Shown here in pieces: positions 38,783 to 49,152 of a DNA stretch of 64,000 nt. The position numbers and the translations under genes are program-made. The DNA comes from an uncultured Arcobacteraceae bacterium (GTDB lineage Bacteria > Campylobacterota > Campylobacteria > Campylobacterales > Arcobacteraceae), in the NCBI GenBank assembly GCA_964022095.1, contig CAXHZO010000008.1:1-64000 (forward strand), in the 5' to 3' direction. The notes below the pieces were generated by a model that made no database searches, was not told the DNA's origin, and worked only from the letters and a program-made list of their open reading frames with translations. Each line of letters opens with the position of its first letter. The first letter of the stretch is position 1.

Positions 38783-39829
38783 ATGAGTATGAGTCAAGAA
38801 GAAATTGAAGCTTTAATGAATGGTTTAGATATAAACGATAGTGAAGATTCAGATGAAGTAGAAGTTGAAAGTAGTAGTGTTAATACTGATGAAATAGAAC
38901 AGTTATTATCTCAAACTGAAGAGATTAAAGAAGAACCAAGCCCTGAAAAAAATCATGAAGAAAAAGAAGATGGTACAGAAACTATCAGCAATGATTCAAT
39001 GGATGATTTAATAAATGAAGTTAACTCTGAATCTACTACAGATTTAGTAAATAATGATGAGATTAATGATTTATTAAAAGATATTGAATTAGATGAAAAT
39101 GATGATGAATCTGTCTCAGAAGATGATATTTCAGATATTTCATTAGATGAACTTCTAGCTGAAACTACCGAGGAAATTGAGCCTAAAGAAGAACCTAAGG
39201 TTGAACCTAAAGAAGAGATTGTAGAGCCTAAAAAAGATGTAAATGAAGATGAAATAGTTAAAAATTGGACATCAAATAAAATTGAAGAGGGTGTAATCCC
39301 TTGGCCTGCAGATAATGATGACACAAGAGTTGTTAGCCAATTAAACCAAGTTGCTAATGATTCTGAAGAAAAGGTAGGTCAAATATTTGATGTACTTAGT
39401 TTATCATTAGATAACAATAATAGTTTAAGAAGTGAAATTAAGAATCTTAATACATTTTTAGAAGAAGAGAAAAAACTACTAGAATCATTAAGTCAAAAAT
39501 TTCCGAATATTGGAGTGTTTAGTAATCATTTAGCTGAAATTAGTAAGATTAATGATACTATTAGCGTAATTAACAATAACTCTTTTGAAGAAGACTCAAA
39601 GATCTATGAAGCAATGGAATTAATGCAATTTAATGACATTAATAGACAGAAAATTGAAAGAGTAATGTCAGTAATTAGAAAATTGTCTACTTATTTAAAT
39701 AGATTATTTGATGATGATGGAACTAATGGTGAAATTGCAGTTGCAAAGCATATTCATGGTGATGATACTGACGATCTAATTGGTGATGATTTAGATAAGC
39801 TTATAGAAGATTTTGCAAACAAGGAGTAA
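38783..39829 (+). CDS. cheZ: Epsilon-type CheZ phosphatase
   Basis: MSQEEIEALM N-terminus, catalytic QFNDINRQKIERV (DxxxQ), C-terminal DLDKLIEDF; follows cheY. Confidence 0.78.
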   Translation: MSMSQEEIEALMNGLDINDSEDSDEVEVESSSVNTDEIEQLLSQTEEIKEEPSPEKNHEEKEDGTETISNDSMDDLINEVNSESTTDLVNNDEINDLLKDIELDENDDESVSEDDISDISLDELLAETTEEIEPKEEPKVEPKEEIVEPKKDVNEDEIVKNWTSNKIEEGVIPWPADNDDTRVVSQLNQVANDSEEKVGQIFDVLSLSLDNNNSLRSEIKNLNTFLEEEKKLLESLSQKFPNIGVFSNHLAEISKINDTISVINNNSFEEDSKIYEAMELMQFNDINRQKIERVMSVIRKLSTYLNRLFDDDGTNGEIAVAKHIHGDDTDDLIGDDLDKLIEDFANKE

Positions 39830-39832
39830 TAA

Positions 39833-40552
39833 ATGAATCAAGGTGTATATCCACTTGCAGCCTCAATGGTTAATCAGATTAATAGATTAGACCAAATTAG
39901 TAATAATTTAGCAAATATTAATACTAATGGTTTCAAAGAAGAAGGATTAACTGAGACTACATTTAATTACTATTTACAAAGAGCCCAAGAAGAGGGCTTT
40001 ACACCCACAAAAAATAATATAGTTACTAATAATATTCCCAAAATTGATTCAAAATATATTGAAGGTGAAATGGGACCAATTACATCTACTGGCAATACAT
40101 TTGATTTTGCATTAGTTCAACCAGATACATTTTTCAAAATTCAAGATATGAATGGCGATATTGTTTACAGTAGAGATGGAGCATTTAAAAATCTTGACAA
40201 CTTTTTAGTTGATTCAAATGGCAATAATGTATTAAATGCTGATAATGAACCTATAGTTATAGAAGAGGGGTATGAATTAGCAATAGGTGTTACTCAAACA
40301 CCTTATTCTAATTTAGAAAAAATTGGTGATAATACTTATAAGTTAGTTAATGAAAATGACATTGAGATTTTTGAAAATAATGATGGCCTTATTCTTCAAG
40401 GTTCAATTGAAAAATCAAATGTTAATTCAGTAACAGCAATGGTTGAATTAATTGATGCACATAGAAGATTTGATCAATCTCAAAAAGCATTAAAAACAAT
40501 TGATGAATTAAATGCTTCATTAATTGAAAAAATCGGGAGTAATACGAAATAA
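39833..40552 (+). CDS. flgF: Flagellar rod protein FlgF
   Basis: ISNNLAN.NT.GFK, YSRDG, EKSNVN..AMVELI.AHR.F. Confidence 0.8.
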   Translation: MNQGVYPLAASMVNQINRLDQISNNLANINTNGFKEEGLTETTFNYYLQRAQEEGFTPTKNNIVTNNIPKIDSKYIEGEMGPITSTGNTFDFALVQPDTFFKIQDMNGDIVYSRDGAFKNLDNFLVDSNGNNVLNADNEPIVIEEGYELAIGVTQTPYSNLEKIGDNTYKLVNENDIEIFENNDGLILQGSIEKSNVNSVTAMVELIDAHRRFDQSQKALKTIDELNASLIEKIGSNTK

Positions 40553-40953
40553 TGGAAGCTAGTAGTATTTCAGAAACACTTTTTAAACAATTAAACTTTA
40601 GAGGTGAAAGACAAAAAGTTATTACTAGTAATATTGCAAATATTAATACTCCTAACTACAAAACAAAAGATTTAGTTTTCGAAAATGAGTTAAATAAAGT
40701 TCAAAATACATTACAGTTATCAAAAACAAACTCTAATCATATACCTAATATTTCTTCAACTCAGCATATGAGTTCACCTAAACTTGTTGAAGTAAAAGGT
40801 TTAGAAGAACAAAATGATGGTAATAATGTGAACTTAGACACACAAATGAGTGAAATGTCTAAAAATAAAATTTTATATGATGCAATACAATCATCAATAA
40901 AAAAAGATTCAAGACTGTTTAGATCAGTTGTTGAATCATCAGCTAAAAATTAA
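40552..40953 (+). CDS. flgB: Flagellar rod protein FlgB
   Basis: RQKVITSNIAN.NTPNYK, DGNNVNLD. Confidence 0.95.
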   Translation: MEASSISETLFKQLNFRGERQKVITSNIANINTPNYKTKDLVFENELNKVQNTLQLSKTNSNHIPNISSTQHMSSPKLVEVKGLEEQNDGNNVNLDTQMSEMSKNKILYDAIQSSIKKDSRLFRSVVESSAKN

Positions 40954-40971
40954 TTCTAGGATAAATGGTAT

Positions 40972-42690
40972 ATGGATCAACTTTTAAAGTTTGTTAATAA
41001 TTTAAATACTGCACAAAGAGCAGTTGTAATTGGAGGATTTTCTCTTCTTTTTGTATTACTTATTGGATTTTTAATTTATTCAGGAATAAAAGCAGAAGAT
41101 AAAAAACTAAATTATACAATTGCATCAAACTTAACAAAGTCACAAGTGATGCTAGCAAGTGATGAACTTCAAGCAGCTGGAATTGCTTTTTCTGTAGTTG
41201 GTAGTGGTAATAACTTAACTTTAAAAACATCAAAAGAGTTTATAAATATTGCTAAAATAAAACTTGTAACAAGTGAAGCAGCAACTAGTAAGCATGTTGG
41301 TTGGGAGATTTTTGAAAAATCTTCTTTAGGAACAACAAACTTTGAAAATAAAATAAAATATTTAAGAGCTTTAGAAGGTGAACTATCTCGTTCATTAGAA
41401 TCATTATCTTCAGTTTTAAGAGCAAGTGTAAAAATTGCAATCCCAAAAGATACAATTTTTACAGAAAGAAAAACAGATCCTACTGCATCTGCTGTTTTAT
41501 CATTAAAGCCTGGAATCTTTTTAACACAAAAGCAAATTGATGGAATAAAGAACTTTATCGCATCTGCTGTTTCTAACTTAAAAAATGAAAATATCCAATT
41601 AATTGACCAAGATGGAAATTTACTTGAATTATCTCAAGATGATGTTGAAAATCAAAAATCATATACTCAAAACAACTACAAAGAAGAAATGGAAAAAGAC
41701 TATCAAGATAAAATAGTTGATTTACTTGAACCTTTTGTTGGTGCTGGAAGAGTTGTTGCAAAAGTTACAATAGCTTTAGATTTTGTAAAAAGAGATATTC
41801 AAGAAGAAATTTACGATCCAGAAGGAACAATTAGATCTCAACAAGTAATTGAAAATATTTCATCTTCACAAGGGGCTAATGGAGGAACTGGTGGAGTTGC
41901 TGGTGTTGATAATAATATTCAAGAGCCAGGGAATGCTGGTGGAGCTGGTAACGTTGCTTCAAATAGTGAAGGAACTAATACTGTAACAAACTATGAGATC
42001 TCAAAGAAAATCATAAAAGAAAAAGATAATAATTATACTAATATAAGAAGAATTAGTGCTGCTGTTACTTTCGATTCTTCTGTTTTAGAAGGTGTTGATA
42101 ATAGAGATGAATTTTTAGCTTCATTAGAATCAGTAGTTCAAGATACTATTGGATATGATACAGCAAGAGGTGATAAAGTTACTGTAAGAGACTTTAAGTT
42201 CTTAGCATCTAATAATACATCAGCTCAAAAGTTAGATGATCAAGGTAATCCAATTGCTGTTGAAGAAGAGAATATTGCTGGCACTTTAACTCAAGTTAAA
42301 ACTATTTTAAAAGAGTTTGGTGATTATTTTCAATATATAATTGTTGCAATATTACTTTTTGTTTTTTATAAAAAATTTATTGCAAATAATGAAGTTGTTA
42401 TCTTATCTGATGGTACAAAAGTAGGGGAAGATGGGAAAGATGAGAATCTTGTAAAGGATATGCTTTCTGATTACGAAAATGAATTTGATACTCAAAGTGC
42501 TAAAGGTAGATTAAAATCAAAAGTAAAAAGTCAAATATTAAATAATATTGAAGGCTTAGATGAAGAATCAGCTGCTAAATATGAAGTATTTATTGAAGAG
42601 TTAGATAAAGAAATAAATGAAAATCCTGCTGAAATAGCAAAAATGATCGAGCTTCTATTAAGTGAAGGCGATAGTAAATTTAAGTCATAG
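40972..42690 (+). CDS. fliF: Flagellar MS-ring protein FliF
   Basis: Two TMs, GWEIFEK, RALEGELSR, PTASAVL. Confidence 0.96.
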   Translation: MDQLLKFVNNLNTAQRAVVIGGFSLLFVLLIGFLIYSGIKAEDKKLNYTIASNLTKSQVMLASDELQAAGIAFSVVGSGNNLTLKTSKEFINIAKIKLVTSEAATSKHVGWEIFEKSSLGTTNFENKIKYLRALEGELSRSLESLSSVLRASVKIAIPKDTIFTERKTDPTASAVLSLKPGIFLTQKQIDGIKNFIASAVSNLKNENIQLIDQDGNLLELSQDDVENQKSYTQNNYKEEMEKDYQDKIVDLLEPFVGAGRVVAKVTIALDFVKRDIQEEIYDPEGTIRSQQVIENISSSQGANGGTGGVAGVDNNIQEPGNAGGAGNVASNSEGTNTVTNYEISKKIIKEKDNNYTNIRRISAAVTFDSSVLEGVDNRDEFLASLESVVQDTIGYDTARGDKVTVRDFKFLASNNTSAQKLDDQGNPIAVEEENIAGTLTQVKTILKEFGDYFQYIIVAILLFVFYKKFIANNEVVILSDGTKVGEDGKDENLVKDMLSDYENEFDTQSAKGRLKSKVKSQILNNIEGLDEESAAKYEVFIEELDKEINENPAEIAKMIELLLSEGDSKFKS

Positions 42691-42698
42691 GAAAAAAG

Positions 42699-43706
42699 AT
42701 GCCAGATCAAAATAATAATAGTGAAATATTAAAAGGTATGTCTATGATGGACAAGGTCGCAAGATTTTTTGTTCTAATAGGAGAAGAATCTACTGTAAAA
42801 ATATTTCAACATTTGCCAAAAGATTTAGTAGAAAACATTTCTACTTCTATTACTCAAATTACTTCAATAGATAAGGATGTATCTTTAGCTATTTTAGAAG
42901 AGTTTCATCTTTTTACTAGATCTAAAAGTTTTATTAGTTCTGGTGGTTATGATTTTGCAAGGGATATTTTATATAAATCTTTAGGTAAGGGTGAAGCAGA
43001 TGAAGTTTTAGCTAAGCTTTCAAGATTAAAACTTGCTGCACAATCATTTTCATATTTAGATGGAATTAATCCTAAACAATTAAGTGATTTTATTAAAGAT
43101 GAATCTCCTCATACAATAGCAGTAATTTTATCTCATATGGATCCAGGTAAGTCTTCAGAAGTTTTGATGCAACTTGACGAAGAGATTAGAGTTAAAGTTA
43201 CTATGCAAATTGCAACAATAAAAGATGTAAGTCCTGATGTTGTTAGAACAATCTCAGTTGTTTTAGAGAAAAAACTTGAATCACTATTATCATCTATTGT
43301 AGATGTTGGTGGTGTTAAAGTTGTTGCTGATATGTTAAATAAACTTGGACCGAAATCTCAAGATATACTAAAAAATATTAATGGTATTGATACTTCATTA
43401 GCAACTAAAATAAAAGAGAATATGTTTGTATTTGAAGATTTATTAAATCTAGATACAGAGTATGTAATGAAAATATTACAAAATGTTGATACTGCTGATG
43501 TAGTTGTTGCTATGAAAAATGCTACAGAAGAAGATATGGAAAAAGTAAAAGGTGCTATGTCTCAAAGAGCTAGAGATAGATTCCTAGAAGAGTTTGAAAT
43601 GCTAAATAAAGTAAAAATAAAAGATATTGAAGCAGCGCAAAGAAAAATGCTTGATGTTGCACAAAAAATGATTGAAGATGGAATTATTGATAGAGAGAGT
43701 GAATAA
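42699..43706 (+). CDS. fliG: Flagellar motor switch protein FliG
   Basis: GGYDFA, ESPHTIAVIL, VGGVK, MFVFEDL, MSQRA. Confidence 0.97.
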   Translation: MPDQNNNSEILKGMSMMDKVARFFVLIGEESTVKIFQHLPKDLVENISTSITQITSIDKDVSLAILEEFHLFTRSKSFISSGGYDFARDILYKSLGKGEADEVLAKLSRLKLAAQSFSYLDGINPKQLSDFIKDESPHTIAVILSHMDPGKSSEVLMQLDEEIRVKVTMQIATIKDVSPDVVRTISVVLEKKLESLLSSIVDVGGVKVVADMLNKLGPKSQDILKNINGIDTSLATKIKENMFVFEDLLNLDTEYVMKILQNVDTADVVVAMKNATEEDMEKVKGAMSQRARDRFLEEFEMLNKVKIKDIEAAQRKMLDVAQKMIEDGIIDRESE

Positions 43707-44380
43707 TGGCTGATAATGTATACTCAAATGCTAAAATTATAAATGAAAAGAATAATGTTGAAGAGTATAAGTTAGGAACATTTGTAAACTCAAATACACA
43801 AACTCCAGATGAAAATAATCAAAATTCAAATAATAATGCTGTGCTAACAACTAATGAAAATAGTATGGCAAGTGTAGAGCCTCTTTTAAATGAAATTAAG
43901 AACCTCCATTCTAAATTAGATCAAATTACATCAAAAGTTTCAATTATTGAAAGTGAAGGTGTAAGATCAAAAGATATTGATGCACAGGTAGTTCAAGCAA
44001 TAAAAGATTTAAAACATTATGCAGCTTTTTTTGAACAAGCAACTTTTCAAATGGAAACTAAGCTTTTAAAAACATCAATCTCTATTGCCCAAAAAATAAT
44101 AAGTATTGAAATAGGCGAAAACTCAGCAAAAATTGCAAAACAAACTATTACACAGCTTTTAGATAAAATTAAAACAGCTTCTAAAGTACAAATACACTTA
44201 AATCCTAAAGATTATGAAATCTTAAAAGATCAATTAAATCTAGACCCTTTAATAGAATTAAGGCAAGATCCGAATGTTACAGCAGGAGGAGTTGTTATTG
44301 CTAGTGATTTAGGTAATTTTGATGGAAATATTGAATCAAAAGTTACCTCAATGCTAGAGACACTAGATACTGTAATTTAA
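43706..44380 (+). CDS. fliH: Flagellar assembly protein FliH
   Basis: IHLNPKD, AGGVVI.SD.GNFDG; follows fliG. Confidence 0.88.
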   Translation: MADNVYSNAKIINEKNNVEEYKLGTFVNSNTQTPDENNQNSNNNAVLTTNENSMASVEPLLNEIKNLHSKLDQITSKVSIIESEGVRSKDIDAQVVQAIKDLKHYAAFFEQATFQMETKLLKTSISIAQKIISIEIGENSAKIAKQTITQLLDKIKTASKVQIHLNPKDYEILKDQLNLDPLIELRQDPNVTAGGVVIASDLGNFDGNIESKVTSMLETLDTVI

Positions 44381-44417
44381 CAAAAATAATCTTTTTAAAC
44401 TAATTTCTAAAACTTTA

Positions 44418-44426
44418 TGATATAAT
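44418..44426 (+). promoter_or_regulatory. Extended -10 sigma70 promoter upstream of fliN-flgD-flgE
   Basis: TGATATAAT. Confidence 0.6.
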
Positions 44427-44454
44427 TTAGTAAAACCAACTATAAAGTGATGAA

Positions 44455-44742
44455 ATGGAAATTAGTGAAAGAGATTATGACCTACTTGTAGATACAGAAA
44501 TAACTGTAGATGTTATTCTTGGAAATACTAATATCTCAATTTCAGACTTTTTAAAACTTAGTGAAGGTGACATTGTCTCTTTACATAAACCAGCAGGTTC
44601 TGGTGGTGATATTTATGTAAATAGTAGGATAATTGGAACTGGAGATATAATTGTTATTGAAGATAAATTAGCTGTTAGAGTTCAAGATGCAATGGACTCT
44701 GATAATGTAATTAGATTCTTCTTTGAAGAAAACATGATTTAG
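44455..44742 (+). CDS. fliN: Flagellar switch protein FliN (SpoA domain)
   Basis: VILG..L.L..GDIV.L...IG.G.I..IEDKLAVRV. Confidence 0.88.
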   Translation: MEISERDYDLLVDTEITVDVILGNTNISISDFLKLSEGDIVSLHKPAGSGGDIYVNSRIIGTGDIIVIEDKLAVRVQDAMDSDNVIRFFFEENMI

Positions 44743-44750
44743 GAGTTAAC

Positions 44751-45422
44751 ATGGCTGATAATATTCAAGTAAATACTACAACTGGAGTTGATGGTAATTC
44801 ATACACAAATTCAATAAGTAATGATCAATTAACAAATGAAGATTTTTTAAACTTAATGATTCAAGAATTAAAACTTCAAGATCCTACTAAACCTATGGAT
44901 TCACAACAGATGCTTGCTACTCAAATGCAGATGTCTACAATTGAAACAAATCAGCAAACAATTGCTGCTATGCAATCACTTCAAACAGCTTTTAATCAAA
45001 CAGCATTATCAAATGCTGCTAATATTATTGGAAAGAATATTGAAGATGGAAATATCAATGAAAGTGGTGTTAATAAAGCATATACAGTAAGATCTGTTGA
45101 AACTATAGATGGTGAAATTCAAGTTACTGCTCAAGAAATTCTATATCTTGAAGACAAAATCATTACTAATGAAGAAAATCCAACATCAATTGATTACAAT
45201 GTAAATGGTGAGATTATAGATTCTGATGGAAATCTAACAGGAGATAAAATTGCTTTAAGTAATCCTGGCCAACCATTAATTGATGAAAATGGTGAATTAG
45301 TAGTTTTAAATGAAAACAATGAACAAATAGAACATAATTATGTATTAGCTGGTGTTTCTGGAGCAGTTTATTCAAATGAATTAACAAATATTCCATTTAC
45401 AACTATATCAAAAGTTTTTTAG
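44751..45422 (+). CDS. flgD: Hook capping protein FlgD
   Basis: DFLNLMIQELKLQDPTKPMDS. Confidence 0.93.
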   Translation: MADNIQVNTTTGVDGNSYTNSISNDQLTNEDFLNLMIQELKLQDPTKPMDSQQMLATQMQMSTIETNQQTIAAMQSLQTAFNQTALSNAANIIGKNIEDGNINESGVNKAYTVRSVETIDGEIQVTAQEILYLEDKIITNEENPTSIDYNVNGEIIDSDGNLTGDKIALSNPGQPLIDENGELVVLNENNEQIEHNYVLAGVSGAVYSNELTNIPFTTISKVF

Positions 45423-45431
45423 GGATCAATT

Positions 45432-46892
45432 ATGATAGGAGCACTAAATAACGGTAAAATAGGACTTTTAGCCTTTGAAAGAGCTATTTCTGTTGAATCA
45501 AATAATGTTTCTAATACAACTACAGTTGGACATAAAGAAGATAATGTAACTTTTGAAGACTTAATTTATAAAAATGGATATGGTAAAGGTGTTGCCATAC
45601 AAACTGTTCAAAAAAACTTTCTTCAAGGTAGTATTCAATTAACTAATGTAAATTTAGATGTTGCAATTGAAGGTAAAGGTATGTTTATTGTTAATGAAAG
45701 ACAAACAGGAGAAACATACTATACAAGAGCAGGTAATTTTCAACAAGGTGAAGATGGATTCTTGGAAACACAAGAGCAATTCAAAGTATTAGGTTTATCA
45801 CCTCAAGAAACAAATATTACTTCTACTGATGTAAATGATACTATGTTTACAAATGATTTTTCTAACTATATTACTTCTATAGATATTTCAAATGGGCAAA
45901 CAGTTTATAACCATAATGTAAAGACAACAGATTTTTATAGTAGCGCAGTTGATGATACTATAAATGGACAAAATTATAAAACAGCAAGTTCAAAAATAAA
46001 TGATGTTGAATTTTTAAGAAATGACTTTATTAATAAAATTAAACTTTTGCAGTCAGACTTTGATGCGGTTTCTACTTCTTCAACTACACAAATTAGTGAA
46101 GTTGATTTTTCATCACAATTAAATCAATTACAAGATGAAACAGATTTTTTAAGAGTTGAAATTGATGGGGTTGAGTATAGACAATACTTTGATACAGATG
46201 TTCAAACTACACTAAATAATTTATCTGATAAATTATCAAATACAGAAGGTTTTAAATCTAGCATCAATTCAAATGGATTACTGACAATTGAAAGTTTAGT
46301 TCCGGGAAGCAATTTTAATATTTTTGAAGCTAATATAAATAATGAGTATATACCTGTAGTAGAAACACAAGAAGCTATTTTAGGAACAGGACTTGCTATG
46401 CTTGAAAGTAGTAGACAAGCCTTAAAGGAAGCTGTTGAGAATGCAGATGGGAAATATTTAGAGATTACAAGTGTTTTATCTTATGAAGATAAAGCTATTA
46501 TTGGAAATGATGAAATTAATTTAAGACTAAATGCTTTAGGATTAGTTGAAAATACAAAAGGTGAAATTAGTATATCAAATGATGGTTTAGTATATGTTAC
46601 AAATGACAATAATAAATTTTTAGTAAGTAAAATATCTACTGCTCATTTTAGAAATATGCAAGGTTTAAGTCCTGAAGGTAGTAATATATTTCAAGTTACA
46701 AATGAATCTGGTCCTGTATTAAACGCAGATGGCTTAAATAAAGTTATTTCAAATAGTATTGAAAATGGAAACTCTTCATATAGCAGCAGTTTAAGTAAAT
46801 TACTTTTTTATCAAAAAGCATTTGAAGCAAACTCAAAATCAATTAGTGTATCTGATGAGTTTTTAAATACAGCAATTCAGATGAAAAAATAG
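45432..46892 (+). CDS. flgE: Hook protein FlgE paralog 1 (486 aa, divergent)
   Basis: SNNVSN..T.G.K, LDVAIEG.G.F, YTRAGNF, YQKAFEANSK. Confidence 0.8.
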   Translation: MIGALNNGKIGLLAFERAISVESNNVSNTTTVGHKEDNVTFEDLIYKNGYGKGVAIQTVQKNFLQGSIQLTNVNLDVAIEGKGMFIVNERQTGETYYTRAGNFQQGEDGFLETQEQFKVLGLSPQETNITSTDVNDTMFTNDFSNYITSIDISNGQTVYNHNVKTTDFYSSAVDDTINGQNYKTASSKINDVEFLRNDFINKIKLLQSDFDAVSTSSTTQISEVDFSSQLNQLQDETDFLRVEIDGVEYRQYFDTDVQTTLNNLSDKLSNTEGFKSSINSNGLLTIESLVPGSNFNIFEANINNEYIPVVETQEAILGTGLAMLESSRQALKEAVENADGKYLEITSVLSYEDKAIIGNDEINLRLNALGLVENTKGEISISNDGLVYVTNDNNKFLVSKISTAHFRNMQGLSPEGSNIFQVTNESGPVLNADGLNKVISNSIENGNSSYSSSLSKLLFYQKAFEANSKSISVSDEFLNTAIQMKK

Positions 46893-46979
46893 ATGTATAG
46901 ATAGACTGTCTATACATTAGAGTTTTTTTAACTTTAATGTATGGACAGAAGTTCATAAACAAAGAATAAAGGATTTATC

Positions 46980-49103
46980 ATGATAGGAGCACTTTGGACA
47001 GGTATCTCAGGATTATCGTCACAACAACAAGCTTTAGATAATGAATCAAATAATATAGCAAATGTTAATACTGTAGGATTTAAATCTTCAAGAATATCAT
47101 TTGCAGATCAGATGTATCAAGATAGAATCGGTAAAGGTTCAAAAATACTTGATGCAGAGAAACTGTATGTACAAGGAAACTTAAAACTAACAGGTGTGTC
47201 TTATGACATGGCTTTAAGTGGTGAAGGTTTTTTCTCAGTAGCAAATACAAGGACAAGTGGAACTTCAGAAATTCTTTATACTAGAGCCGGAAACTTTAGA
47301 ATGGGTGATAATGGAACTCTTCAAGATGCAGCAGGAAATGAAGTGCAAGGTTGGATGATGAGTCCCATTGATAGCCAAAATGATGTAGTAACAACAAATC
47401 CAAATGCACATGTATTTACAAATGATTACAGTAAATTATTAAATTCTAAAATAATTAGACATGGAACATATGTAGAGACAATAACAGCAAAGGCAACAGA
47501 TTATACATCAACTGCTAAATCAGACTCTGAAAGCGTATTTAGCGGAGCAGGTTTAAAAACTAAATCTGCAAAAATTTCAGATGTTGAAGCTGCAATTGCT
47601 GATTATTCTAACTGGTTACAAAAATTAAAAGATGAGCCAGATGGAGCTTCTGCTACATCAATAGGACAAGTGTCACAAATTAATTTTAAAACAGATACAG
47701 AAGGTGCAATTTCAAAAGATGGTGATCAAATCTATGTATACATAGATGGTAATAAAATATCTCAAAACTATGTACCTGTAACTACAACTGAAACAGGATT
47801 AACAACAGCTGATTTAAATGCAGATGGAAATGTTGATGCAGCGGATCAAGATATTCAAGCAAGTAGAATAGCTACATATAAAGCCTTAGCTGATAAAATA
47901 TCGGAAACACCAGGATTAGTTGCATACATGGCAGATGAAGTTGGTGGATTAGATGATGTTTTAGAGTTAGGTGATAGCTTTACTATGTCAACAGACATGG
48001 ACAAAATGGCAAAAGGTATTATTGAGATAAAATCATTAATACCAGGTCAAGAGTTTGTAATATCAGAAGTAGCTGAAGTATCAGGTAGTTCTGTAGTTCA
48101 AGGTCATTATCAAACACAAACAATAGCTCAAGAAGGTGAAGGTATTGGTGCATTAGAGTCTGCAAGAGATGCTTTATCTAGATTAATTACTGGTAAGCAG
48201 CAAGATGTATATACTTCTTCTGATTTAGGATTAACGCAAGATGGTACTGTAACTAATGATTATACATATGGTATTACTATTTATGATAATGAATTAGGTG
48301 CAACAATTCCTGTTCCAAATGATGGTGGAACGCCTCCTGTTGCATTAAATATTCATGTTAATGGTGCAACAAGTATTGATGATATTGTAGCAGCTATTAA
48401 TAATACAACTTTAAGTACATTCCAATCTAATAATGGTACTATAAATGGGGTAGTTACTAATAATTTACCTGATTATATTACAGCAAAAAATATAAACGGA
48501 AATTTAGTAATTGAAACATTAGATAAAAATTATGATGTTGAATTTACAGGTGGTATGAAAATTGCTGATGATAATACAACTGATGATGGTACTGCTTCAT
48601 TAACTGCTTCTTATACTCCAATTGATAAAAATAATAACTATTCTGGAAGAAAAGGTGCAGGGGCTGAGTTTATTGAAATAGTAAACAAAGTTGATCAAAC
48701 ATCTTCAAAAGGAAGTTTACAATTAAGACTTGATACTTTAGGTATTTCTGATTCTGCATTTGGTGAGTTCTCAGTTGATAATACTGGACTTATTACAATG
48801 AAACAAGATGGAGCAGATTTTGCTATTGGTCAAGTTGCAATTGCACTATTTAATAATAACAGAGGTTTAGATCCTGTTGGGGATAATTTATTATCTAAAA
48901 CAACAGAATCAGGTGAACCAATTTATAATTTAAATAACGATAAAACTGCAAAAGTTGAAGCTCAAACATTAGAGTTAAGTACAGCAGACTTAAGTGAAAG
49001 TTTAGTAAATCTTATGGTCTTCCAAAGAGCATTTGAAGCTAATGCTAAATCAATTACAACTTCTGATGAGTTGTTAAATACTTTAATTAACTTAAAAAGA
49101 TAA
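46980..49103 (+). CDS. flgE: Hook protein FlgE paralog 2 (707 aa)
   Basis: SNNIANVNTVGFK.SR.SF, YTRAGNF, LELS..DL...LVNLMVFQRAFEANAK. Confidence 0.9.
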   Translation: MIGALWTGISGLSSQQQALDNESNNIANVNTVGFKSSRISFADQMYQDRIGKGSKILDAEKLYVQGNLKLTGVSYDMALSGEGFFSVANTRTSGTSEILYTRAGNFRMGDNGTLQDAAGNEVQGWMMSPIDSQNDVVTTNPNAHVFTNDYSKLLNSKIIRHGTYVETITAKATDYTSTAKSDSESVFSGAGLKTKSAKISDVEAAIADYSNWLQKLKDEPDGASATSIGQVSQINFKTDTEGAISKDGDQIYVYIDGNKISQNYVPVTTTETGLTTADLNADGNVDAADQDIQASRIATYKALADKISETPGLVAYMADEVGGLDDVLELGDSFTMSTDMDKMAKGIIEIKSLIPGQEFVISEVAEVSGSSVVQGHYQTQTIAQEGEGIGALESARDALSRLITGKQQDVYTSSDLGLTQDGTVTNDYTYGITIYDNELGATIPVPNDGGTPPVALNIHVNGATSIDDIVAAINNTTLSTFQSNNGTINGVVTNNLPDYITAKNINGNLVIETLDKNYDVEFTGGMKIADDNTTDDGTASLTASYTPIDKNNNYSGRKGAGAEFIEIVNKVDQTSSKGSLQLRLDTLGISDSAFGEFSVDNTGLITMKQDGADFAIGQVAIALFNNNRGLDPVGDNLLSKTTESGEPIYNLNNDKTAKVEAQTLELSTADLSESLVNLMVFQRAFEANAKSITTSDELLNTLINLKR

Positions 49104-49111
49104 TTTTAGAC

Positions 49112-49140
49112 AAAGTAAGTTTTTACTTACTTTGTTTTTT
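49112..49140 (+). terminator. Hairpin with T-tail after the second flgE
   Basis: AAAGTAAGT-TTTT-ACTTACTTT followed by GTTTTTT. Confidence 0.55.
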
Positions 49141-49152
49141 CGTAGGATTAAA

